Part shown: one piece after another, positions 19,708 to 27,625 of the stretch | How positions within the stretch are numbered: position 1 is the first letter of the stretch | Layout: each line of letters opens with the position of its first letter | Assembly (NCBI GenBank): GCA_963761335.1 | Contig: CAVXGR010000012.1 | Span: 352,001-416,000 of the forward strand | Length of the DNA: 64,000 bases | Direction: 5' to 3' | DNA from: an uncultured delta proteobacterium | GTDB lineage: Bacteria > Desulfobacterota > Binatia > HRBIN30 > BPIQ01 | Translations under genes and position numbers: made by a program | Notes under the pieces: model-generated | What the model saw: only the letters and a program-made list of their open reading frames with translations | What the model was told of the DNA's origin: nothing | Databases searched by the model: none

Positions 19708-22059
19708 TCATCCGCATCGCTCCACCCGGCAGAGCGTGTACTTGTGCTGCGGGCAGCCGGTGAATGGATCGCGGTCTTCGCTCGCCGTCAGCATGTTCAA
19801 GTTGACCCCATTGGTCTCCAGCTCGCCGCTGTCGCCCTTCGGATAGCGCGTTCCGAAGCCGTTCGCCACCCAGACGTGGCCCTGCTGCAGGCGTTTGTCG
19901 ACGGCAGCGGGAAGCTCGACGGCGCCCCGGCGCGTGCTGAGGCGCACGCGGTCGCCGCTGGCGATACCGAGTGTCTCGGCGTCGCCGGGAGAGAGATTCA
20001 GGGCGCAGTGCGGGCCGCGGCCCTTTCTCCAAGTCGGGTCGCGCTGGATGGTGTTTGCCGTCCACTGCGTGCGCAGTCCGGCGGCGAGAACAAACGGGTA
20101 CTCGGGGTCGGTGGGCCGGTCGGTGTGCGCGGCGCGCGCAATTTCGCCGACCATCTCCGGCGGCGCCAGTCGAATCTTCTTGTCCTCGAAGCCGATGACG
20201 GCGTCGAGGGCGTGCTCGCTGTCGACCCTGGCGATCTCCACTCCTTCGGGATGCTGGAGAACGCGGCGGAACATCTCCGCGCCGATCGCAAACGGCCCCT
20301 GCTCGCGCCACTCCTCGCCCAGAGTGCGCAGCACGGCGTCGGTGCGCGTGAAGGCGTTGGCGTACACCTGTGCCCAGATGGCGGCGAGCGCCGGCGAGGG
20401 CAGATGCGGCCCCAGAGTCCGGTAGCCCCAGAAGAGCAGCGCCGCCTGGCTGCCGCCGCTCGCTGTCATCATCGCCCCCAGGTAGGCGGCGGCCCCTTCG
20501 GGCTCGAGGGCGTGCTCCGCCAGCGCCGCGAGCTCCGGCGGCGGCGCCGAGACCAGGCCCATGGCCTCCGCCAGGCGCGTGTAGATCTCCGGCTCGGGAA
20601 GCGCCTCCGGCGGCCCGGGGACCACCGGCGGGCGCAGCTGCACGTAGATCTCGGGATAGCCCTTCGGAAAGCCGGCGATCTCCCACTTCTCGTATCCCAC
20701 CGGCGTCGGCAGGACGTAGTCGGCGAGCTGCGCCGTCTCCGTCATCGCCGGCTCGACGACCACCAGCAGATCGAGCTTCTGGCGCGCCTCGAGCCAGCGC
20801 TGCGTATCGGAGTAGGAGAGCAAGGGATTGGCGCCCTCGACGATCAGGGCGCGCAGGCGCTCGGGGTGGTCGAGCAGGATCTCCTCCGGCACCAGGGTCG
20901 GGGAGAACATCCCGTAGCCCCCCATGGCGCTGATGGCGCGAATTCCCGAGGCGAGAGCGCGCTCCGGCTCGGCGTGGCGCTTGGGGCTGTGCTCGGCGGG
21001 CGTCAGCCCCTCCGGGAAGACGTTGCCGCCGCGCCGGCCGACGTTCCCGGTGAGCACGGACAGGGCCTGGATCAGGTAGGAGGTGAGCGTCGAAAAGAGA
21101 TTGTGCTCGACGGCGAGGTCGAACATGATCGCCGCCGACTCAGCCTGGGCGAACTCGCGCGCCAGCTGCAAGAGGTCCTCGGTCGCAATGCCGGCACGGC
21201 GCGCCATCTCGTCCACGTCGATCTCGGCGAGTGCCTGGCGCAGGACCTCGAAGCCGTGGGTTCGTTCGGCGACAAACGGCGCGTCGACCAGGCCCTCGCT
21301 GGACACCAGGACGGCCGCCATGCCGAGCAGCACATAGACGTCGGAGCCCGGCTTGATCTTCAGATGGCGATCGGCGGTGCGCGTCGTCTCCGTGTCGCGC
21401 GGATCGAGAACCACGACCTTCTGACCCGGGTTGGCGGCCAGCGACTTGAACGTGTCGGTGGCGTTGTGTCCGCGGTTCGAGATCTTCGGGTTCGTCCCCA
21501 TCATCAACAAGAAATGGGTGTTCTCGATGTCGGGGTGGAAGAACGCCGTCGGCGGCGCGTCGAAGAGCCACTGCGCCACCAGGAAGTGCTGCGTCTTTTC
21601 CTGCGCAAAGGCGTTGAACCAGCGCTTCGAGCCGAAGGCGGAGAGAAAGGTGAGCCCGTAGGGCGCGTCCATGTGGTTCGCCTGGCCGCCGATGCCGACC
21701 AAGCCGATGGCGCGCGGCGAGTGCTGGTCGCGGATCGCGGTGAGCCGCGCGGCGATCTCGGCGATTGCCTGCTCCCAGGTGATTCGCTCGAAGGTGCCGT
21801 CGCTGCGGCGGCGGAGCGGGTGCTCGAGACGCTGCGCGTGCTCGACGTAATGATGGATCGAGAAGGCCTTGTTGCAGATGTAGCCCTTGGTGATCGGACT
21901 CGACTCGTCGGCGCGCACGCCGGTGATCCTGCCGCCGGCAACGTCGACGCGCAGGCCGCAGTTGTGGCTGCAGAGAACACATACAGTGGCGAGGTCAGTC
22001 GCGTCCGTGGGCAGGGGGGTCCTGGAGATGGAGGGATCTACGGCTCTCGTCGAGGGCAT
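19708..22059 (-). CDS. Molybdopterin (bis-MGD, DMSO reductase family) oxidoreductase catalytic subunit
   Basis: N-terminal C-x2-C-x3-C-x27-C-x-K [4Fe-4S] motif, GTNP, DPR.TET, GANP, TETAQLADYVLP, C-terminal dinucleotide-binding domain; no Tat signal. Confidence 0.9.
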   Translation of the reverse strand: MPSTRAVDPSISRTPLPTDATDLATVCVLCSHNCGLRVDVAGGRITGVRADESSPITKGYICNKAFSIHHYVEHAQRLEHPLRRRSDGTFERITWEQAIAEIAARLTAIRDQHSPRAIGLVGIGGQANHMDAPYGLTFLSAFGSKRWFNAFAQEKTQHFLVAQWLFDAPPTAFFHPDIENTHFLLMMGTNPKISNRGHNATDTFKSLAANPGQKVVVLDPRDTETTRTADRHLKIKPGSDVYVLLGMAAVLVSSEGLVDAPFVAERTHGFEVLRQALAEIDVDEMARRAGIATEDLLQLAREFAQAESAAIMFDLAVEHNLFSTLTSYLIQALSVLTGNVGRRGGNVFPEGLTPAEHSPKRHAEPERALASGIRAISAMGGYGMFSPTLVPEEILLDHPERLRALIVEGANPLLSYSDTQRWLEARQKLDLLVVVEPAMTETAQLADYVLPTPVGYEKWEIAGFPKGYPEIYVQLRPPVVPGPPEALPEPEIYTRLAEAMGLVSAPPPELAALAEHALEPEGAAAYLGAMMTASGGSQAALLFWGYRTLGPHLPSPALAAIWAQVYANAFTRTDAVLRTLGEEWREQGPFAIGAEMFRRVLQHPEGVEIARVDSEHALDAVIGFEDKKIRLAPPEMVGEIARAAHTDRPTDPEYPFVLAAGLRTQWTANTIQRDPTWRKGRGPHCALNLSPGDAETLGIASGDRVRLSTRRGAVELPAAVDKRLQQGHVWVANGFGTRYPKGDSGELETNGVNLNMLTASEDRDPFTGCPQHKYTLCRVERCG

Positions 22060-22087
22060 CGATTTGCTCCTTTCACCGGTGTCGGTT

Positions 22088-22117
22088 CCGGAAAAGAACG
22101 TATCAGTTCTCTTTCGG
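22088..22117. promoter_or_regulatory. Candidate HxlR operator (imperfect inverted repeat)
   Basis: ccggaaaagaac-gtatca-gttctctttcgg in the AT-rich divergent intergenic region. Confidence 0.5.
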
Positions 22118-22148
22118 TACGCAATACTTTCCGCTAAACTTTCCGATC

Positions 22149-22601
22149 ATGCGTTGGGACCAGATCAGCGGCATGCAGTGCTCGGTCGCCCGCGCCCTTT
22201 CCGTCATCGGCGACCGCTGGACGCTGCTCGTCCTGCGCGATGCCTTTCTCCGCACCCGCCGCTTCGAGGACTTCCAGCGGCAGCTCGGGGTGACCCGCCA
22301 CCTCCTCGCCGGCCGCCTGCGGAAGCTCGTCGACGCCGGCATTCTCGAGAAGGTGCGCTACCAGGAGAAGCCGGCGCGTTACGAGTACCGGCTCACCGAG
22401 AAGGGCCGCGACCTCTACCCCGTCATCGTTTCCCTGCTGCGCTGGGGCGACCGCTGGATGGCCGGCGAAGGTGGCCCACCGCTCACCCTGGTGCACAAGG
22501 CCTGCGGCCACCGCATGCATCCGGCGCTCGTCTGTCCCGATTGCGGCGAGCCGGTCGGGCCGCACGACGTGGCGGCCGAGCTCGGCGGCAACCGCGGCTG
22601 A
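22149..22601 (+). CDS. HxlR-family winged-helix transcriptional regulator
   Basis: CSVARALSVIGDRWTLLVLR, EYRLTEKGRDL, WGDRW, H..CG..C..CG tail. Confidence 0.93.
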   Translation: MRWDQISGMQCSVARALSVIGDRWTLLVLRDAFLRTRRFEDFQRQLGVTRHLLAGRLRKLVDAGILEKVRYQEKPARYEYRLTEKGRDLYPVIVSLLRWGDRWMAGEGGPPLTLVHKACGHRMHPALVCPDCGEPVGPHDVAAELGGNRG

Positions 22602-23015
22602 TCAGCGGTCGAAAGCGCTGCGCCGCTGCCAGGCGTAGCGGCAGAAGGCGAGCAGGAAAATGCTGACCGCAATGTTGGTCAATATGGCCGTGCCCATGTG
22701 ACCGGCGTAGAACACCGAGCCGTACAGCGCCGTGAAGACCCACAGCGAGATCACCACGTAGACGGCGTAGACCATCGCCATGATCCCTGCGGCGCGGCGC
22801 CGCCGGAAGCAGCCCCAGGTGAGCCAGAGATAGAAGAGCAGGTATCCGATGGTCGCCATCTTCGCCGACGGACCGCCGACGATCACACCGAAGATCTCCT
22901 TGTGGCTCTGCGGCACCGGCACGAAGAAGAGATCGAAAAGAGAGAGCACCGCCAGCACCAGCGCCACCGATCCGAGAATGCGCGTGAACCACGGGTGCGG
23001 CGCCATCGTTTGCAT
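22602..23015 (-). CDS. Hypothetical membrane protein (about 4 TM helices)
   Basis: Four hydrophobic segments in about 137 aa. Confidence 0.65.
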   Translation of the reverse strand: MQTMAPHPWFTRILGSVALVLAVLSLFDLFFVPVPQSHKEIFGVIVGGPSAKMATIGYLLFYLWLTWGCFRRRRAAGIMAMVYAVYVVISLWVFTALYGSVFYAGHMGTAILTNIAVSIFLLAFCRYAWQRRSAFDR

Positions 23016-23089
23016 CGCGGCCGACTGTAGCGGCGCAGCTAAGCCCTGGGCAAGGCGCGGGTGGCAGGGACCCCGGCGGGCCGCGACCG

Positions 23090-23494
23090 GGGACAGGCAA
23101 CTTCTGCGGTCGATTCGCGGCGCCATACCGAAACAAGACTCGCAAAAGTAGCCTGCTTCGAAAGTGTCTTGGTGAAGGTCTGGCGGAGCCTCGGCGCTTG
23201 GGGTGGAGCTTATCGCCCCGGAGGGGCGCGGGCATGTAGCCCCGGGTGTCAACCCGGGGACCGCGTTCCGATTGGCCCAGATTAGCGCCCCGCAGGGGCG
23301 CAGGCGTACAGGCCGCGTGAATCACGTCGATGAGCTTCCCCATGCACCCAGCGGTGATCATCGGCGGACAGGCGCGACATCGACGAAAATTCGCCCGCGC
23401 CCCTGGCGGGGCGCGTATGACGGACGGTGCATTTTTCCCCGGGTTTCACCCGGGGCTACACGCCACCGCCCCTCCGGGGCGAACTTCGCCCAGG
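23090..23494 (+). repeat. About 405-bp composite REP-type element, left arm of an inverted pair
   Basis: Reverse complement aligns with 25172-25576; internal palindromes gccccggaggggc, cccgggtgtcaacccggg, cccgggtttcacccggg with GTAG/CTAC flanks. Confidence 0.9.
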
Positions 23495-23536
23495 CGAGAA
23501 CCGCCAAATCTCTTTACGGATCAGAACCCCAGCCTC

Positions 23537-23578
23537 ATTTTCATCGTCTACTGGCGAGCCGCAAGGCTCATGAGGCAC
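23537..23578 (-). repeat. 42-bp repeat, family B (perfect inverted copy at 25014-25055)
   Basis: attttcatcgtctactggcgagccgcaaggctcatgaggcac. Confidence 0.9.
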
Positions 23579-23628
23579 TGTCCCCTACCCGCTTGCGCAC
23601 TCCGCTCCCGTTGGTTATCGCTCCGCGC

Positions 23629-24726
23629 ATGATCATCGGGATTCCCAGGGAGATCAAAGCCGAGGAGAACCGCGTCGCCATCACCCCGAGCGGCGTCAGT
23701 GCGCTGCGCTCGCACCGCCATACGGTACTCGTCGAGCGCGGCGCCGGGGTCGGCAGCAGCATGCCCGACGCGCACTATCGCGCCGCCGGAGCGCGCCTCG
23801 TCTCGCGCGCCGAGGTGTGGCGAAGAGCGCATCTGATCCTCAAGGTGAAGGAGCCGCTGCCGAGCGAGTTCCGCTTTCTGCGCGAGGGGCTGGTCCTCTT
23901 CACCTACCTCCACCTCGCCGCCAGCGAGCCGCTGACGCGCACGCTGCTGAAGAAAGGCGTGACCGCCATCGCCTACGAGACGATCGAGCTGGAAGACGGC
24001 TCTCTGCCCCTGCTGGCGCCGATGAGCGAGGTCGCCGGACGGCTGTCGATCCAGGCGGGCGGCTGGTGCCTGCAAAAGCAGAACGGCGGCTGCGGCGTGC
24101 TGCTGAGCGGCGCCTCCGGGGTGCGGCCCGCCAAGGTGGTCGTCCTCGGCGCCGGCATCGCCGGCTCCAATGCCTGCCAGATCGCCGTCGGCATGGGCGC
24201 CCACGTCAGCATCCTCGACCTCAACCCCACCAAGCTGCGCTACATCCACGACATCCTCGGCGGCCACGTGACCACGGTGATGTCCAACGTCGCCAACGTC
24301 GAAGAGGAGGTGCTGAGCGCCGACCTGGTGATCGGCTCGGTGCTGATCCCGGGAGCCAAGGCGCCGCGCCTGATCTCGCGCAAGCTGGTGCGGGCGATGA
24401 AGCCGGGGGCGGCGATCGTCGACATCTCCATCGACCAGGGCGGCTGCGCCGAGACCTCGCGGCCGACGACCCACGACAACCCGATCTACGTCGCCGAGAG
24501 GGTGGTGCACTACTGCGTGACCAACATGCCGGCCATCGTGCCGCACACCTCTACCTACGCGCTCACCAACGCGACCCTTTCCTACGCGCAGGAGGTCGCC
24601 GACAAGGGCGTGCGCCGCGCCATGCGCGAGAACCCGGCGCTGCGGGCCGGCCTGAACATCATGGGCGGCCGCGTCCATCACGCCGGCGTCGCCTCGGCAT
24701 TCGGCCTGCCGCACGCGAGCGGCTGA
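23629..24726 (+). CDS. ald: Alanine dehydrogenase
   Basis: [59 protein letters not shown]. Confidence 0.96.
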   Translation: MIIGIPREIKAEENRVAITPSGVSALRSHRHTVLVERGAGVGSSMPDAHYRAAGARLVSRAEVWRRAHLILKVKEPLPSEFRFLREGLVLFTYLHLAASEPLTRTLLKKGVTAIAYETIELEDGSLPLLAPMSEVAGRLSIQAGGWCLQKQNGGCGVLLSGASGVRPAKVVVLGAGIAGSNACQIAVGMGAHVSILDLNPTKLRYIHDILGGHVTTVMSNVANVEEEVLSADLVIGSVLIPGAKAPRLISRKLVRAMKPGAAIVDISIDQGGCAETSRPTTHDNPIYVAERVVHYCVTNMPAIVPHTSTYALTNATLSYAQEVADKGVRRAMRENPALRAGLNIMGGRVHHAGVASAFGLPHASG

Positions 24727-24756
24727 GGAATCCGCCGCGGCGGCAGGGGCAGTCCA

Positions 24757-24792
24757 TCATGAGCCTGCGGCTCGCCAACTGGCGATGAAAAT
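24757..24792 (+). repeat. Diverged third copy of repeat family B
   Basis: tcatgagcctgcggctcgccaactggcgatgaaaat. Confidence 0.75.
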
Positions 24793-24852
24793 GGACGGCG
24801 TCCTGATTCACCGATCAGACGCTTGCGATGATAGTTCCGCGCCGCGGGGGCG

Positions 24853-24983
24853 GGTCTCCTCTCTCCCGCATCTTTCCGCGGGGAGAGGATCAAGGTGAGG
24901 GTGCTCCTGTCTCACTGAAAGCTCGTGGATCCACGGCCCTCACCCTGACCCTCTCTCGCCAAGTGATGCGGGAGAGGGAACCC
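24853..24983. repeat. REP/MITE-like palindromic element, family C copy 2
   Basis: Shares ccgcggggagaggatcaaggtgagggg, tctcactgaaag, ctcaccctgaccctctc and gcgggagagggaaccc with 9071-9202. Confidence 0.8.
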
Positions 24984-25013
24984 AAAGCGAACACCCAGCA
25001 GATTTTCGAAGCC

Positions 25014-25055
25014 GTGCCTCATGAGCCTTGCGGCTCGCCAGTAGACGATGAAAAT
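25014..25055 (+). repeat. 42-bp repeat, family B
   Basis: Exact reverse complement of 23537-23578. Confidence 0.9.
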
Positions 25056-25171
25056 AGACGCTCGGCGGGTACCGGTATGCCGGAGGGCTCCCGTACCTCG
25101 GCGCCCGTGATGCTACCCGGGGGTTTCAACCCCCGGCGCCGGCGCCCGTCTTCTGCGGCCCTGCGGACGTT

Positions 25172-25576
25172 CCTGGGCGAACTTCGCCCCGGAGGGGCGG
25201 TGGCGTGTAGCCCCGGGTGAAACCCGGGAAGAAGGCGCGCTCCGTCAGGCGCGCTCCGTCAGGGGCGCGGGCAAGTTTTCGTCGATGTCACGCCTGTACG
25301 CCGATGATCACCGCTGGGTGCGTGGGGAGCTCATCGAGTGATTCACGCCGCCTCTACGCCTGCGCCCCTGCGGGGCGCTGATCTGGGCCAATCGGAACGC
25401 GGTCCCCGGGTTGACACCCGGGGCTACATGCCTGCGCCCGTCCGGGGCGATGAGCCTCCACACCGAGCGCCGGTGCGCTCCGCCAGACCTTCACCCAGCA
25501 GATGTTCGAAGCAGGCCACTTCTGCGGGCGAAATCCTACCCAGGTAGGATAACAGCGCGCAAAAGTAGCCTGTCCC
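25172..25576 (-). repeat. About 405-bp composite REP-type element, right arm of the inverted pair
   Basis: Imperfect reverse complement of 23090-23494. Confidence 0.9.
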
Positions 25577-25600
25577 TTCCTAGCCGGGCTGCTAGCCCTT

Positions 25601-26251
25601 TCAATCGAGCCTGCTCTGCAGGTCGTCGACCAGCTTCTCGCAGCCCAGGCGCGCCAGCTCGGCGGCGCTGAACCAGCGCGGTCCCTGGCGCCAGAACATC
25701 CACCAGTTCAAGAGATTCGAGCTGAGCGCCTGCTGCGTCTCGTCGAACGACTCGCTCCAGATCACCTTTCCCGACTCGGCCAGCAGGAGGCTCAGGCGGA
25801 ACGAGACCGAGGCGGGGCGACGACTGCCGTACTCCGTGCCCTGGCGCTCGACGAACCGAGAAACCGAGCCGAAGAATACCCCGTCGGCGCCGGTCGCCTT
25901 GGCGAGCGCCCGCGCCCGCGCCTCGGGCGCTTCGCCTGCAGAGATCGCCGGTAGAGCATCGCCGGTGGTCAGGTCCGGAACCACGGCCCAGCGCGAGCGC
26001 TGGCTGAGCACCCCGTACAGCTGCGCGGTGACGACCTGCGCCGCCTCCTCCGGCAGCACCGGTCGCTCGCCGGTCATCTTCTCGGTGGCACCTGGGTTGA
26101 CGTCTCGCGTCAGCGGCAGGATCGCGATCGTCTGGAGCTTGGGACCCTCCGGCTTCTTCGGCCATCCGGGGAGAGCGCTGCATCCGGCGGCGAGGAGAGT
26201 GCAGAGGACGATGGCCAGGCGGCGCGCGCCTGGCAGTCTGTGGGCAGTCAT
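25601..26251 (-). CDS. Lipoprotein (CsgG/LpoB-like fold possible)
   Basis: LAAGC lipobox; IAILP, ADGVFFGSV, GKVIW; overlaps the hisS stop (ATGA). Confidence 0.7.
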   Translation of the reverse strand: MTAHRLPGARRLAIVLCTLLAAGCSALPGWPKKPEGPKLQTIAILPLTRDVNPGATEKMTGERPVLPEEAAQVVTAQLYGVLSQRSRWAVVPDLTTGDALPAISAGEAPEARARALAKATGADGVFFGSVSRFVERQGTEYGSRRPASVSFRLSLLLAESGKVIWSESFDETQQALSSNLLNWWMFWRQGPRWFSAAELARLGCEKLVDDLQSRLD

Positions 26252-27534
26252 GCGGTCTGCTGCGCGGGAGCGGGCCCAAGCCGGCGCAGCTGGGCGACCA
26301 GGGCTTGCGGCTCGGCGTCGAGGGAAACGGCGCAGTCAAAGTTGAGCTTGCCGACCATGTCGCGCACCGAGGCGGCGCGGCGCCCGAGCTCCTGCTCGCC
26401 GATGATCAGCACGTAGCGCACGCCCAGCTTGTCGGCGCGGCGCATCTGGCTCTTCAGGCTGCGCTCGGCGCTCTCGACCTCCACCGCCATCCCGGCGGTT
26501 CGCAGCCGGTGCGCCAGATGCGCGGCCTCGACGACCGCTTCGACACCGAGCGGGGCGATGAAGACATCCAGCCCCGGCTCGGCCGGGGTCTCCCCGGCGG
26601 TCATCGCCAGGCGCTCGAGGCCGAGGGCCACGCCGACGCCGGCCACCTCTGGTCCACCGAGGGCCTTCACCAGGCCGTCATAGCGCCCACCGCCCCCAAC
26701 GGCGTTCTGCGCCCCCAGGCCGGTCGCAATGATCTCAAAGGCAGTGCGGCAGTAATAGTCGAGGCCGCGCACCAGGCGCGGGTTCTCGGTCACCGCCGCC
26801 CCTTCCCGGTCGAGAATCTCGCGGACCGAGGCGTAGTGCCCCCGGCAGGCATCGCAGAGATGCTCCTTCATGGTCGGGGCACCGGCGGTGGCCTTCTGGC
26901 ATTCCTCGTTCTTGCAGTCGAGCAGGCGCAGCGGGTTCTGCTCCAGGCGGCGCCGGCAGTTCTCGCACAGCTCCTCGAAATGCTCGTGGCCGTAGTCGAT
27001 CAGAGCCTGACGGTAATTGGGCCGGCAGTCGCGGCAGCCGAGGGAGTTGATCTGGATGTCGGAGCTCACCTGCAGGGCGCGCAGCAGATCGTCGACGAGG
27101 AGAATCACCTCGGCATCGATCGCCGGGTCGTCCCGCCCGAGGACCTCCAGGCCGACCTGGTGGAACTGCCGGTAGCGCCCCTTCTGTGGGCGCTCGCGGC
27201 GGAACATCGGCCCGAGGTAGAAGAGCTTGGAGACCGGCTCCTTCAGGTGCATGCTGTGCTCGACGTAGGCGCGCACCACCGACGCCGTCCCCTCCGGCCG
27301 CAGGGCCAGCGAGGTGCCGTCGCGGTCCTCGAAGGTGTACATCTCTTTCTCGACGATGTCGGAGGTGTCGCCGATGGAGCGGGCGAACAGCGAGGTGCGC
27401 TCTGCGATCGGCAGCCGCAGCTCGCGAAAGTTGTACTGCCGGAGGATGGCGCGCGCCGTGGCCTCGATCCAGGCCCAGCGGGCACTCTCGTCCGGGAGGA
27501 CATCGTGGAAGCCCTTCACTGCCGAGATTTTCAT
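26248..27534 (-). CDS. hisS: Histidine--tRNA ligase
   Basis: DIVEKEMYTF, LRPEGTA, FRRERPQKGRYRQFHQ, LVRGLDYY, GGGRYDGL, GLERL. Confidence 0.98.
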   Translation of the reverse strand: MKISAVKGFHDVLPDESARWAWIEATARAILRQYNFRELRLPIAERTSLFARSIGDTSDIVEKEMYTFEDRDGTSLALRPEGTASVVRAYVEHSMHLKEPVSKLFYLGPMFRRERPQKGRYRQFHQVGLEVLGRDDPAIDAEVILLVDDLLRALQVSSDIQINSLGCRDCRPNYRQALIDYGHEHFEELCENCRRRLEQNPLRLLDCKNEECQKATAGAPTMKEHLCDACRGHYASVREILDREGAAVTENPRLVRGLDYYCRTAFEIIATGLGAQNAVGGGGRYDGLVKALGGPEVAGVGVALGLERLAMTAGETPAEPGLDVFIAPLGVEAVVEAAHLAHRLRTAGMAVEVESAERSLKSQMRRADKLGVRYVLIIGEQELGRRAASVRDMVGKLNFDCAVSLDAEPQALVAQLRRLGPAPAQQTA

Positions 27535-27625
27535 GGGAAGCTTGCGCCGGAAGTCGCGACTAGGTATCAGAGGGCCTGCGCCAAGTCAATGAAACGGCGC
27601 GGGCGGGCCGTTGTAACGAGCTCAT

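Noticed and set aside
19708..22059. Selenocysteine-containing formate dehydrogenase
   Set aside because: No in-frame TGA, no FDH-type C/U-H active-site motif and no partner subunits
19744..22137. 797-aa plus-strand ORF
   Set aside because: Antisense shadow of the molybdoenzyme; no motifs; typical of high-GC codon bias
23203..23628. N-terminal extension of alanine dehydrogenase
   Set aside because: Read-through of repeat DNA; Ald homology begins at MIIGIP (23629)
23090..25576. Autonomous IS or composite transposon
   Set aside because: No transposase ORF in or near the arms and no clear target-site duplication; kept only as a repeat-bounded cassette hypothesis
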